Part shown: positions 1 to 14,570 of the stretch, in pieces
Layout of the letters: every line of letters starts with the position of its first letter
Numbering within the stretch: position 1 is the stretch's first letter
Assembly: GCA_905331295.1 (NCBI GenBank)
Contig: CAJNYD010000062.1
Span: 248,001 to 312,000, forward strand
DNA length: 64,000 bases
Reading direction: 5' to 3'
Origin: Rotaria socialis
Taxonomy: Eukaryota
Translations under genes and position numbers: made by a program
The notes under the pieces: model-generated
Database searches by the model: none
Seen by the model: the letters and a program-made list of their open reading frames with translations, nothing else
Told to the model about the DNA's origin: nothing

Positions 1-242
1 TTCTCATTTTCTACGAATCTATTCGTCAATTGATATTTGTCGTCGATATCATTACAATATCGAAATGTAAAAAGTGTGTACCTTACTCTCTATTTTAATA
101 AACTGATAAACAATCGTATTAATATATATGTTCCTCTGGAATATCTAATATTTTTTCTTTGAAAATCAAAACTAACCTTTGAATGATTTGGATAAAATCG
201 GCGTAAAGAATTTGCCCATCGTTGAACATTTATTTGATCCAT
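1..242 (-). CDS. Possible 5' end of an unknown spliced gene running off the left edge
   Basis: Minus-strand ATG at 242 gives MDQINVQRWANSLRRFYPNHSK. A GT-AG intron (176-90) follows, then an open frame RVRYTLFTFRYCNDIDDKYQLTNRFVENE to position 1. No family recognised. Confidence 0.3.
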
Positions 243-3200
243 CGTTCTATGACCAATATTAATTTGTTGTCTCTTGCGTTTTTTTCTTCTTAACTATTTC
301 AAATAGGTCTCATACGTATACATATGATCGATACTATCAATGAAAAAGGCCCTCTAGTTCATGAACATTTTTCAAACTGAACTGCTCGCTCGAGAAAATC
401 AGTCAAGTGTATCAACAAATAGACATACGTAATGAGAAACAAAATATTTTCGTGATGAATAATTTTTTATTTTATTGTGAAAAAGATTTAAACGACACAG
501 TCAACATACAAAAAATCTACGCTGATTTATAACATAAAAAGAACAAAAGTCAAATTCTTCGAGGCATTTGTTTTAAACAAAATCATACGACTCGAAATAC
601 AAGTGAAATATATGCAGATTTATTTAGTCCAATATATCAATATAGTTATTAACATACAAGACAATATTTCTTTTATATTTTTTTCATGGAAAACATACAA
701 TGCAACAAAAATTTTGTTTTAAACATTCAAAATTAAAAGATAATAATTAGCTAAACTTCTTATAGCGCAAAATTGACTTGATATCTTTTGAAAGATGTAG
801 ATGAATTATATGTTGAGAGGAAACCAACACATTCAATTAAAATCGAATTCAAGTCTTTTTTATTTTAGTCGATAATACGGAAATGTTTCAAGCTTTTATT
901 CATATAGCTAGTAACAAGATGTTTTATTTCAATTTAGAAACGAAAAGATGTAAGGGTATTTGTATTTTAGGCATTGTTTTGAATTAATTAATTTCTCATC
1001 AATCGCACCACTGTTTTTTAAATTACAGCAGAGTTCACTTCATATTCTATGCTTTTGATAAGATTAAATTTATTTTAATTTAAGATAGGAGTGAGCCTGA
1101 TCACTGCTTTATGAAGTCAATTAAAATCCTGGCATACGCTAATTATTAATGTTTCTCCTATTCAAAAAATAAAACTGTAAAAATAATGTTTTTCTAACAT
1201 TAACAGAATACCAAGTGATGAAGTAAATTGATTACAACGATTTCTCTTCGTTTCTTTTTCTATTGACGATCCTTTACTCGGTATAATCCTGAAAAGAGTA
1301 TGAATACTTTTAGTACTATTATAAAAATAGTGTTTTAATTTAGAAATTAATTTGATATTCTTCACTAACACGGATTTTACCTCGATTAACATGCATACGT
1401 TCTGTATTTGGATGATAATACAAAGAGTAAATTGATAATTCATTTATAATTTTGTATATGATGAATACGTTGAAAGCAATATAACTTTTCTTTATTTATT
1501 TGCTAATCGTAATATTCATTTAGGTTTATTATAGACAAATTCATGATGGCATAGTTGATGCTTTTTAAATTTATGTAATTCAATAAGTTATCCGTTGGAA
1601 TTCCATCTTTCAGTAGCATTTGCCACTTTATCATCTATGCATGAAAGTCTACGCTAGTAGAAAGTTAACTTTTTCGATTATAGTGGCATCAATTTTACGA
1701 CGATAAAAATCAATCACTCAAGATTCAAAACTATCATTTGAAATCTAGAATAAAATGAAAAAATTACTTTGCAAATTTAATAAATTTTGATCTTTAAAAT
1801 AAGGAACGCTTCTTTATCGAATGAAAACTAACGGTAGTCGATGATTTCCAAAGTAATATCATTTTATGTTACGAACAAACATTGGAAGCTATTGTTTTAT
1901 GGTGTCAAAAAATAATATAAAACTTGAACGAAACTTACTTACATTAGAAAAAAAGGAACCGCCAGTCGTAAATTTTCTGCTTAATATTGAAATAAAAATT
2001 TATATTCAATCGACAAGTTCATGATTCATCGGATATGACCTTTATAAAGTGTTTTGCTCCTTGACAATGTTCCTTGACAACTAACGACTCTCATTAGAAT
2101 TTCATTAATCTTGAGCATTGTACTGTATCTGTTGATCAAAATGATGGATTGCACTGATCGATTGTCAATAGGAAAATGAAGAGACATATTAGATATGTTT
2201 TGATCCCTATCAAAAATAATTTAGAGAAATCACAGAAATTAAAGTAAAAAATGATGTAGTAAATTACAAGTTATCATGGGAAATACAAGGAAATATAAGA
2301 CTAGTTCAATTGAAAATACTCAATATTGTCGTATTTTAGCGTCATCTGCCGGAAGATCGATACGTCAAATATATAAATTATTTCGATTTGTACTGTGAAA
2401 ATAATTACGAAAGTATATTCAATTTGAACCTAATTAAGACAGTCAAAGTAACAATTTCATCGAAGAGTATTTTGCATGTTGACAAAAAAAAGAGATTTTC
2501 GGATGATTTTGTGTTTTTCAATGAAATCTTTCAATGTTGTTGAATCTTGTCGAGCTTCTGATGGATGTGATCAATATAATTTATTTGGAAGTCTTAATCG
2601 ATTTTTAATGACGTAGAATAAAATTTAATCAATTCAATTTTTTTGAACCTGTATTCCGTCTCATTAAAAGCTACTTCCAATGTGTGAGAAAACACTACAA
2701 AAAGAATTTTATCATTCATATAGTTTGTCTCTCTTCGGATTTTTTTGATTGCTTCATAGTATACATTTTTTTAATGTTTAATTCCTTCTGCAATTATCTC
2801 TACAGATATACTTTTCACTCTTATACAGTGTATATGTATTTTCCTGCCCCGACACCACAATTTGAAATTTTTCATTGTAAAATTACAGAAATATTAAACA
2901 TTTTCTTCAAACTTCTTTACGTTGATTTGTGGATTAGTAAAAAAAGATATTGACAGTCTATACAGCTTGAAATACTGAAAATTATCAGATTTCTTACATG
3001 GCAGACCGCGTTCATGCCGTTTGATTGTTGACAAGATAAATTATATATATACGTATATGTACATATCTTCTTTAAGATTTGCTAAACAGAGACATCTATC
3101 GTTGAACACAGCCATCCGTTTTTCAAAAAAGTGATGATTTCGATCCAATAAGTACCAATGGAACGAAAGCTCGAAATCGATTGATCTAACATATTTCCTT

Positions 3201-3339
3201 TTGCAATGCATATATAATTGTATATCTAGCGCTTTTTAATGTACTAGACAGATTGTAACAAGTGTTTAGAAGAAAATATTTCATGTCACACAATTCTAGT
3301 ATATGATCATTCATTGTTGTGTATGAACGAATTTGGACC

Positions 3340-6300
3340 ATGGTTGATAATGAAAAACGCGAAAATCTGGCGAATGCCCGTCGACAAGTTAGTTTTCATT
3401 TTCGATGTTTTATTCAATTAATCATTTTATTTTAAGTTAAAAAAATTTCGTGATCAACATCAGTCAAATTCTTCTGAAACAAGTGTTGCTGAAGATGTTG
3501 ATTCTATCCATGGAGTAAATTTTCGTTTTCCTAGTCAATCTATTTATCATTGACTTTTTCTTTTCCTAGACATCTATCAATTCGTCTCTAAATTACAATA
3601 CCGTGTCAGTTTATTTCAGTTTCTAAATATCTATCTAATTCTTTCTTTCACTAGACAATCAATGGTAACTGGTTCAGGTATGCCCGATGGAATTCATCAA
3701 AATATATTGAAATCACCCATCGCTGTATCAGAGGTAAGTAATAGACGTTCGACAAAGTCATGATATTTGGACATACAATAACTAATAAAATGTAAATATT
3801 TAAGGAGCAAAATCGTCAATATGTTCGACCGATTGAAAATCAAAGTCAACAACGATCTTCTCGTCTTGAAGGACAACGATCGTCCACTGGAACAAGTACT
3901 ACGGTAGTTATTGCACTAATGAGAAAAAGTTCACAACAGGTAACTTAGTTTTTAGTCTGGTCGTTCGAACTTAAGTTCAGTTGATAGTGAAGAGAAATTG
4001 CGCCGTGATGTAAATCAGTTACAAGAACAACTTGAAGTAAATATTTACGACTCATCGATGGTTGGCTTTCATTTGATTGAAAATCATTCTTATTAGATAC
4101 ATGTACAAACAATTGGAATGCTAGTAGCAGAAAAAAGTGATGTATCAGCTAAATTAGGCCAATCATTTAAACAACTTGAACGTAAACAAGGTGAAATGGA
4201 TGAATTACATGGTCGTTTAAAAGCCTCACGAGAGCGTGTACAAGAACTTGAAAAACAAATATCAAATTCAACTTCAAATCTACAAAAACGAGAATTGGTC
4301 TGTATAGCTTATTTTCTTTAAAGTTTCTTATTCAAACGCTGCGTTTTTTATCTTTAGGCAGCAAAAGAATTCGATAAAGAAAATGATCGATTGAAAATAG
4401 AAAATATTCGACAAAGGTTTAATTCTTCGTAGGATAAAATTAATTTTATAAATTCATTATTTCAGTCAATCCATTGAAGATTTGAAACAAAGTATCAATG
4501 AACTTAATGAAAAACTTCATAATCGACAAACTCTTGTTGATCAATTAACTATACAACTTGAAGAATCAAAACAACAATGTCAAGTTTGTTATTAGTTTAA
4601 AAAAAGAAATAATTTTACTATCTATTAATATAATTTAGAAACCTAATGAGACATCAGTTATAGAAAAACAACTGAATGAACTAAAACAAACAATTGAATT
4701 TAAAGACAGCCAAATAGAGGAAGTGAGCAATGTTTCAAAAATCATTTTATTTTGCGTCATTCAGGTTGAGTGAAGAGAGGAATTCGGAAGCATTCATTAG
4801 TACAGCTTCTTCGTGCATTAGTAATATATCTACCAATGTAGTTCATTAAGAATCAATTAAACAGCTATTATCAAGTCAATATCCTATGATACAATCTATC
4901 CTAATATTAGAAAGTATCGGTCTAAATATTTCATCAGAATATTATTATGATGATAGAAAAGAAAAAAATCTTATTAATATGCACTTGAAAAACTATTGCA
5001 AAGATTCTTCAAAAATGTATTACGATCTGCTCTGTAAATTTTTTGACGTAAATATGACATTAAACACTTCCTTTTTCTTTCGTTGAATAGTGCCAAAATC
5101 AATTAACGTTAATTAAGCAATGAAAAATAATAGAAAGATTTGTTTTCTTCAAAAGAATAAAGATTCTTAGTAAATGCAATCGAGCCAAAGAAAATCTAAA
5201 CAATAGATCAATATTTATAAACACGTTATAAACATAGTCGCATAATATATTCTATGTCAATAGGAACAAAATTTTTTTGTAAACCAACAAAAAACAAATA
5301 AACATTTATTTTACTTAACAATTGATGAACTTCGTGTTAAAACGTCATTTGCTTTTCATGAGAATAGTCTGGTATACCTCAATTTTAACACTTTACTTAA
5401 AACCAGACTCAACACGAACCGCCATTTGATGTTTCATCTGAACAGTTGGCATCTGTAATTTTGATCGATCAAAACAGTTAAAGCATACTGGAAAAAAAAC
5501 AGCCATTTAGTAGATATAAGATAAAACTCTTGTTTAGATAGGAATATATCATAGTAGACCAAATGAGTAGCAAAAATTGGCTTAATTTATATGTGCACAT
5601 TACCATGAGCCGTCGCATTCAATTTAGTTGCAAATGTAATTATAATAATATCTCAATTTTGAAATATATGGATGGAAAAAATAAGATTCTCAACTTCTGT
5701 GTTAAGTAACACGAAATATCGAAAAGTAAATTAAACATAGTTAATACAAGCTGATTGTAAAGAATATGTAGTTTTCAAATGATTATCTTCATATTGACGA
5801 CACGGTGAACACAAGATTAGTTCTATTGAATATAAAAATAGTTGATGCATTAAACTTATTTTCGTTTTCTATTCATCATCAAAAAAAGATCTCTTCGTCG
5901 ATCAACCGAATGCGTTCCGATAATGAACAATTCCAACAATATAATATAAATATGCAAAATCATATCAAAGAGTTAAATCAACAGGTATGTAAGATTAAAA
6001 GTATCTAACAGTTATAGAATCGTGTCTATTTCAGATAGTTCAATTAACTGAGAGAAATAATTTTCTACTGAATGAAAATGATGCAATGAAAATAGCTTAT
6101 CCAATGAACTTATCTGATCAGTGTTCATTAGTCGATCATACTAATCTTCAACAAGAAAATAATTTTTATCGTAACGCCATAGAACAATGGTCGAATCGAT
6201 ATGAAGAATTAAAATCAAAATTAGATGCAATGACTATGTACTTTATCTTTTATTGTTTTGTTAATCCGATTCAAGTTTTTTTAGATTATTAAGTAAAAAA

Positions 6301-8005
6301 GATGAAATCATTGTTGAACTTGAAACAAATAATAATAATGATGCAAACGGTCAACATCCATCAATAGAATTTCAAGAAAATTTTCATAAAATAGTAATCA
6401 ATATTAAAATAATATTTTCAAAAACAGCAACATTATTTTTTATTTTTAGTCAAATGAAAATATTAATTTAAAAAAGCAAATCGAATATTTAAAAGGATAT
6501 CAGTCAAACTTGAACAATGAACAACCAACTCAAACTGATGATCAATCGATGAATTTATCGTTATTAAAAGATATCAACGATAACAATCAAGTTCAACAAA
6601 TGAATCTTGTAAACATTATTTTTGTACATTTTTCATGGGAAAATATTTCTTTTTTTGAAGGATCAAGTAAATGAAACCATGCGTGAAAATATTGATTTAA
6701 AAGCTCGTATAGAACACCTTGAACATGTAATTCAACAATTACAAAGTGAAACTGAAACAATAGGTATACATCTAGCATAGGTTTTGAACGTTTTTCCTGT
6801 TTAGTTTCTATTTAAAATGAAAATAGGTGACTACATCTATTTATATCAGCAACAACGTGAACAACTTCAAAAACGTTATCAAGAAAAAGATATTTATATT
6901 CAACAATTAACGCACGATCGAATGAGTTTGCAAGTAATTTTTTTTAACTTTTGCTGTCATCAGAATAGAAAATAAAATATTTTTTAATTTTTTAATCTAG
7001 AAAAAAATATCAGAATTAGAAATATTATTTGTCCAGATTTTAAACATACCAATGACAAATTTAACTCAATTAGAAAAATCTAACACTCAAATGTCATTAA
7101 CACAAGTTAATATGAATTCGTCTATGGAATTAACATGTAATACAAAGGATATTCGTAAGTTCTAAAAACTGAACATACGTATATCAAATCGGACAATCGA
7201 TGACTTTAATCCAATAGAGTTCACATATGCTTTAAACTCGAAATGTAACATAGTCGTTGACAATACACAATTGAGTTTATAATCGTACTGCCATACTTTG
7301 TTATAAATTAATATTTAACAGAATTAGTTAAACTGTGACTAGCATTTTATTTCATTCGAAAATCGAACTAATATTAGTGGCAATAGGATGGATTCGAGAG
7401 TTCTGCCTATTATGACTTATCTCTCTGGAAAAGTAACGATGATAAAGTTGATGTTTTAGAATATTTTTCGAACGAATAGAATCGATATAAAATCGAACTT
7501 TTTTAATATAATATATCAGTGTTTTGCGGACACAAATTCAAATGAATAATTGCTTAGAACTAGAATGAAAAATTGTAATCAGCGTTCCGAATATTGCCTT
7601 AGTCATAATGAACATAACATTGAAAAGTTCTATTTCTCTGAATTCTAAATATATTTTATCATAATGAATGATAATACCATTTTATTGGTCTTATTTTCTA
7701 CTTGAATAGATTTTTTTATGAAAATCTTACTTTTAGAAGAATTCCGAACAATGAATCATCCGTTGTTGTCATCATCAACAACCAATAATCAGATAATGCC
7801 TTTACATAGCGATAAACCTACTGATTCGAAATTTTCAATGTTAAGCGACGAGACAAAATTACGTATTTTTGAATTAATCAAAGAATTACAACAGACTAAT
7901 ATATCATCTGTACAGCATGATAGTTCATCAAGCATCAAATTGGCGTTTGTCGATTCGAGTTTGTATACATGCTCAACATGTTCAGGTTTCATTCAATCAG
8001 TATAA
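3340..8005 (+). CDS. GOLGA2: Golgin subfamily A member 2 (GM130)-like coiled-coil protein, multi-exon
   Basis: Basic N-terminus MVDNEKRENLANARRQ/LKKFRDQ (p115-binding type), coiled-coil exons (IQTIGMLVAEKSD...), conserved LEHVIQQLQSETETIGDYIYLYQQQR, and C-terminal CSTCSGFIQSV*. Canonical introns. Confidence 0.85.
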
Positions 8006-8215
8006 AATTCATTGTTCCTTTTGTTTTCATTGTAAAATAAAAATATTTATAATTACTCTTGTTTTTACTTTAATTTCATCTTTTATTACAGTATACGGAA
8101 GTGAAGTTTGCTCTATTTATTATTTCTTTTCATTGCTTTTTTGTTGTTGTTGTTGACTTCTAAACATGGTTTGTTGTTTCTTTGTTCTCTTGTGTCGAAT
8201 ATTCATTAAATTCAG

Positions 8216-8888
8216 GTACAGGAAGATCTAGATAAATGCGAAGCAATATTTATTATTTGTATATTTCTAAGATTTTGTTGTTAATTTCCAATTAAATTAA
8301 TTTTCATTTTTCTTTTGATTTATATTGAACATAGATGATCATCAATTGTGGAAGAGAATATTATCTCGTTGAATTGAATTGAATCCAAAAGAAACATTTG
8401 ATTATGCTTCTGGGAATGATCAATTTGAGGTAAAATATGAAGATTTTTTCATTAGACGAATATTCCCAATTAGTTCCATGAGATTCATCAGATGATGACA
8501 GGTCATACGAAATTAACTGGACAATAGTATTCAGTCAAGTGCTACATAAGAACTACTATGTTCTGTATTGATCATATGAAAAAAGATCATTTCTCAAGGG
8601 ACAATATTTGTAGTTTTTAACAATGACTATTCTAAAGAATCCATATATGGATTGTATAAGTATTCACATTTATAAATTTATGCATGATCAAGATATATTT
8701 ATGTATACCCAAGGATAGTAAAGTAACACGAGCGAAAAATTCTTCTTCTTATTTTTGCAGATATTTTTCCAAAAGAATATAGAAAAAAAGAATTGCTGTT
8801 CTATGGCAGATATATTGATAAGAACATTGAAGATGATCATGCATGAAGCAACTTGGAGTATAGGAATCGAACGATGAGTTGTAATTGA
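8216..8888 (+). pseudogene. Possible decayed fragment of an unidentified intron-containing gene
   Basis: The first three exon-like blocks splice in phase: VQEDLDKCEAIFII/YDHQLWKRILSR*IELNPKETFDYASGNDQFE/FHEIHQMMTGHTKLTGQ*YSVKCYIR. A later block reads IFPKEYRKKELLFYGRYIDKNIEDDHA*. In-frame stops at 8370, 8525 and 8844. Confidence 0.3.
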
Positions 8889-9344
8889 TGATAATGATAG
8901 TCATATGCTTTAAGGCGTCTTAATATGATTTTCTCTGAGCAATTAACAAGAATCCCTATGCATATGGAGTAAAGCAAAAATAAACCAGATGACGAAAGAC
9001 ACTTAGCGAAAAAACAAATTAATAATTATCATCAGTAAACCAAGAGGTTTTTAATAGATGTGATTGAAGTTGTTCTTCTCAGTTTCTAAAGAGATTTTCA
9101 GATGAGAAATGCAAAAAACTTTTATTTTTCATTCTGTTACCTTTTGTTTTTGACTACAGATAAAACAATCGTAAAAGTATAGTCAAGCATCCAAATAACG
9201 ACAGTATGATCATTAATAAATCCATATTATTTTTTGTATTTATTCAACATAAGATATGAATAATATTGTCACATCAGGGTGTAGTTGTCATTAATAAATT
9301 CTGTAAAGAAAAACATCAATAGTTATACAATTTAGTGATTGATC

Positions 9345-9941
9345 TCAAGTTACATCTTCTATTTCCGCTTCGTAATTAACAAATGTTGAGTTTGATATTA
9401 ATGAAATAAGAGATTCAACAGTTGCTGTTATTGTTATTGTTTGTGATTGACTGTAACCGGACCAAAAAAAACCATAAAATGTGGCTAAAGCAATGGCTAG
9501 TAATGATATAGATATTAAATAACTAAAAACCAGTAATAAGCGTAAAACTTTTTTTCGTATTAAATTATCTCCTTGTGGTAATGGTAAAGGTGATATTTGA
9601 AAATCATTGGATAATGAAACATTTTTTGCAATGCTCATCCAAAGACTTTGTCGTCGTGTTGCTAACGCTGTTGTTTGTAAACTTTTTCGACGTGATAATA
9701 AACTATTAAGAATGATTGCCGATGAACGACGTTTCGCTGACATTGATGTTGTCTTCATTTTACCATCAAAAGATGATGATAATGATTGAATTGTTCCCTG
9801 ACTTGTTCCCATTGATGAATATGGGATACGAACAAAACCTGATGATTCGTCATTCAATTTTAATGTTATTGGCGGTAGACGTATTTTTGAATTGGTACTA
9901 TTGTATTCTTGAGAAGTTCGCAACTGTAATGGATTAGCCAT
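9345..9941 (-). CDS. InaF-motif (TRP-interacting helix) single-pass membrane protein
   Basis: Intronless 198-aa ORF. KKVLRLLLVFSYLISISLLAIALATFYGFFW resembles the InaF/INAFM motif (RLxTVxAYxxSVSLAAIxLAxYYxxxW, recalled). Confidence 0.75.
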   Translation of the reverse strand: MANPLQLRTSQEYNSTNSKIRLPPITLKLNDESSGFVRIPYSSMGTSQGTIQSLSSSFDGKMKTTSMSAKRRSSAIILNSLLSRRKSLQTTALATRRQSLWMSIAKNVSLSNDFQISPLPLPQGDNLIRKKVLRLLLVFSYLISISLLAIALATFYGFFWSGYSQSQTITITATVESLISLISNSTFVNYEAEIEDVT

Positions 9942-12900
9942 GATTTCTATTGATTTCTATTTTTAAATGAAATTTTCCATAAATATATTTAGCATAAATG
10001 CATAGCTATATAGCCATGAAGTACTTCAGTACTGTTTATGCATCTAGAGAATAATGAATTATCGAAAAAGAAACATTGGATAAAGTCTATAGAAACAAGA
10101 ATACCTTATATTGGATAATTAATACTTCTGTTCGATAGTTCACAAAGAATAGAAAGCCTATAATGAGTTCGTTATGTTTATTATAGACGCTGATGGTGAT
10201 CTAACAACGAAAGAAAAATACTATGAGACAAGATTAGAGTTTTTATAAGAAAACAAAGAAAAAGAGACAATGAGCGACGAACAATGTAGAAAAAAAAAGA
10301 AGAAAAAGAAAAGAAAAACAGAGGAATGTTTGCTTCGCATAATCGAAAAAAGAAACTAGACTCAATCTGCATCGGCACAACACATATTGTCAAGTGTGCC
10401 AATTATCTCTTACGCATACAAAAATGATCGTTGACATCCTCTTGGTGTTTCTATTGAACTATGTCTTTGTATTCGTGTATAGATCTATATGTGTAACATC
10501 TAAAGGACGTTGGATACTACAAAACGATCTTTCGTCTCATTTCTTATAATAGAAAAAAAAGTTATGATTGGTATTGTTCTTTCTCACTGCTATTGTGATG
10601 TTTGTGTTGATGCTTCATGTTTATCTCATGATGTTTCTTAGCAAGTTGCATGTCTTTTCTATAGGCAGACATTCATATCGAATGAAGAGCATCATCCTTA
10701 AGCGGAACGATAAGCTCTAATAATTGAAAAAATATGTCTTCTCTAAGCATGCGTAAGGACATTAACGCATACCAAACTAAAGTAATTAAGCTGAAGACAA
10801 AAAAATATAGACCTAGGACTTCATCATCACTATTCATTAACGTTAAATATAAAGAAAACCTATTTCTGACTTATTTTATGAATAGATAGGACATGAAAGT
10901 CAAAAAAGATCTGTAATTTTTTCTACAGATTTTTTCCTCATCATGTTTGTCGTGGCTTATTTTCTTTTAAAACATAAAGAAGGAAATGACAGTTAAAAGA
11001 AACCAAAAGAGAAATGTCAGAAAACGATAAGCTTTTGACAATTATTTTCTATTCCTGATTTTGTATGTAACTCTAACTAATCCTCTTTTTTTTCTCTTTT
11101 TCTCTCTCATATTTTCATATGTCGTACTTTCAATTAGAAAACAAGGCGTATAGAATTTTCTTTGGATTCTTTCCATCTCATACCATCCATAAGTGTATCT
11201 GCTTCATGAGATAGATCTACTGAATATGTCAGATTTGTTTTTCTCTTATCGCCATTTTATTTATATATTTATTTTATAGATTGATAATAACTGCTTTGAG
11301 ATGTCGAAAGTACTTCGTATAAAGATGTAGGCCCCATGGGTTTTAGCTAATCTTTTTGATGATTTTGTTCAATCATATCGTTTTATCTATAATATTGGAA
11401 TCTTACTAATGCAAAAATCATGATAATTCATAGATCGTGAAATGAATGATAAAGCTAGACGATACTGTTGAAACATCTATATGGAATAGTAATAATAATA
11501 ATAATACGAACTGTTAATCTATTTTTATTCTTCAATGAATACTGTTAGTAATTAAAGGAAAACTCTAAAGCAACCAACTTATTTGTATGCATATAATTAT
11601 AAAAATCAGCATAATTTGTTTCCAAAGACTAAAAAACAAACTAATAAACACTGACAGATCTATTTCTGTTATTCATAAAAATAAGCTTAAATTCATGGCG
11701 AGAGAAAAAAACCAATAAATGAATCTGTCTACATTTCTGATAAAGGCAAAAAATGTTATTAACTAATCCTTGATAAATATTAAATAGCAGATGACAATAA
11801 AATGAATATGTAATGTCATGTATGTATTCGCTGGGACAGATGTTTAACGAAATCGTCTTAGATTAAATGTGAATTCGTTGTCATAACTTGATTTGTTTTT
11901 GTTTATTTTGGATAGAAATTGTCATCGCCCCGTGTCAATTTTGATGCCTGAAACACATATATTATGATTTTACGTCGATATTCTATAGGAATTAGTCTTT
12001 TGGTACTAAATAAATTGATATCGTTGGCGAGAAAGTAAACAAAGTGTATCATTGAAATAATACCATTTACAGGAATTTTGATCTATCAGTACATTTGCAA
12101 TTTGTCTCGTGTACACTAATGCATGATTGATTCAAGCTTTTTAGTGTAATAAGAAACTTAAAGGTTCTTTCCCACCATGTAGCTATCAAATAACTATTTC
12201 CTTAGCATAGCTAATGTCGAGTGTTGAAAATGATGTTTTCCGCATGTTCTAGAATATTAAGAAAATATGAAAATTTCGATGATCGTGCTATTCATAATAT
12301 AAATATATCAAGTTACTGCTTCATTTTTTTGAATTTATAGTCTATTAAAAAAAAAGATTCTTGACGACCCAAAGAAAAAGCTAATTTATTTTCTATGATT
12401 GAGATTTAACTAAAATAGCTTCGAAATGTTTTTTTAATGATTGTAAAAAGCATCGAATTCATTGACAATCCGTTTATCTTGTTCACATTTTTAATTCATT
12501 CATTATTTCTTTCTTCAGATGAACCAATTACAATATCTGTATTCTAAAATAGACAAATACTCAAACAAAATCAGCTGAAAACTTAACAACATGAATGCAA
12601 CAAAGTTGACAAAGCAAAAGGCCTCCATTCATCCTATTTCATTGTTCATAAATCAACAAAAATTTTGCACTGAGAAAAATATTAGTGAAACTAGATAAAG
12701 TAAATTAGATTCAATTTTGTGACTTTTACTACTGCAAAAGAAATCCTACTATAGATATGCTGACGGTTGAACTAGTTGTTATACGATATTACTTTCTTTT
12801 ATTTTGATAAACAAACTGAATCAATACGAACCTCGATATTATTGTTGATCTCGTCAATACTTCATCTAACTCATATATTACTTGTTATCTATTAAAAAAT

Positions 12901-13372
12901 AAAGATACTTTTTACATCTGGATTTTTATTTTTGTCATCATTCAAAAATATTGTACTGCTTCCATGCAAGCTTTTTCAGAATGTAACTGAAATCGAAGAT
13001 ATGAGAGAAGTGGTCCTTTGATCTGTTTCAAGAGATAAATGACAGGAGATTATTTACTGGCCATGATTTTTTCTTTTGATAACAATCTTGAGATCTAACG
13101 ATTAATTTAGTTATACTATTGATCGTCTTATTTTTAGATTTATGATAATATGTGGTTCAATGAAAATAACAAAGTCAAAGAATGATCTCCTGATATTTTA
13201 ACTTTTGGAAGAAAACAACATTCAAAATAATTCTACAATCAGATTTCCCTCGAGGCAAATCTTTTGTTTATATAGTTTCTAATGAAATTTTTTTAAAGAA
13301 TGAACGTTATAGGAAACAAAACCATTTGTCACTTTAGATTGTTTTAGAATACTAATTAGTTCAAGAAAAACT

Positions 13373-14272
13373 ATGAACAAAATCCATACGCTTTTATATA
13401 TTCCAAATCTAATCGGTGGAAGAAAATTACTGTTTGATTAAAAAACAAAAGAAACATAGTTCTTTTTACCCTTCTAGGCTACTTTCGTGTATGTCTTCTT
13501 GTTCTTGCTTGGTATTATTTTGACGATCCAATTGTTTTCTTAACATTCTATGTAATTCAAGCACTTCTAGACGGTTAGGTTATAGTTTATTTTTATTAGT
13601 TAGAAACTTAACTTTATTATGCAGCTGTTGACGGTTGGACTGCTCGATATTTTAATCAAGTATCGAAATTTGGTGAATTCTTAGATATTGTTATTGATAA
13701 TATTGGACGGGGAATTCTATGGACACGAATCGCATCGGTAATAGAAAATAATAAAATAACATAATGAATGAATTATTTTCAAAATTAGATCGGAATATTC
13801 ATTACATCCATTGAATGGATTACATTTGTAGCATTGAATCATCATGGATCTGATTGGAAATTAAAATTATCATCTAGTAATGATTTGATTGTTCGAAACG
13901 CTCTGAAAAATGGTATATATATATGAATATATCATTTTATTATTTCTATATTCTATTTCTAATATGTACGTTTAATTATATCAAGGTTTTCAAACACCAT
14001 TTGGATTCTTAATAATTGTTCTTGGAACTCATGGATTGCCAATTATCATGTATATGATGAAATATCGAGTTATATTCGAAATGTCATATCTTTTATTACA
14101 TATTATTCATATACTATGCATCATTGGGCGTTTATTCTCGTTTTATTGTGAGGTCAGACATTAGTCATAAAGAATGGCGAAACTTTTTATTTGTCATACT
14201 TTATATGTATTCTTAATACTTATTTAGATATATGTTATCTCTCTCTTTGTCACTGAAGATTTACTGAAGTAA
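13373..14272 (+). CDS. CDP-alcohol phosphatidyltransferase family protein (PI-synthase-like N-terminus), 6 exons, absent from the ORF track
   Basis: Spliced MNKIHTLLYIPNLIGYFRVCLLVLAW...LLDAVDGWTARYFNQVSKFGEFLDIVIDNIGR contains the complete DxxDGxxARxxxxxxxxGxxxDxxxD motif. Ends ...VTEDLLK*. Confidence 0.85.
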
Positions 14273-14570
14273 CTTCCTATTTATGCCATGTGGAAGAACA
14301 AGCTTTTTACTGATGAGCAAACATAAATATACGAATGACTTTGTTCTGTGAGTTGAATGTATTTTATTTGTTTTTCTATTGTAAATATATAAATATAAAT
14401 ATATGATTATTGAAATGCTGAAATGTGATAGAAGAAAAGCAGAATAAGAAAAGATGTCAAATGGTTTTTTGCGTTCATAATCAAGCCGAAGAAATAGAAA
14501 CGATTAATGCACATATGGTAGACAAAACAATATATGCGTTTTTGTGTAAATTTAAAAGCAAAATCGAGTA

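Noticed and set aside
1162..2953. Short ORFs 1162-1443 and 2684-2953
   Set aside because: Phe/Ile/Lys-rich translations expected by chance from AT-rich DNA; no motifs or exon logic.
4760..5425. Possible transposon relic in the large golgin intron, including ORF 4886-5086
   Set aside because: Only weak inverted similarity (GTTGAGT/ACTCAAC); no convincing TIR, TSD or transposase motif.
11130..11220. Minus-strand peptide DLSHEADTLMDGMRWKESKENSIRLVF*
   Set aside because: Too short, with no supporting exons or family match.
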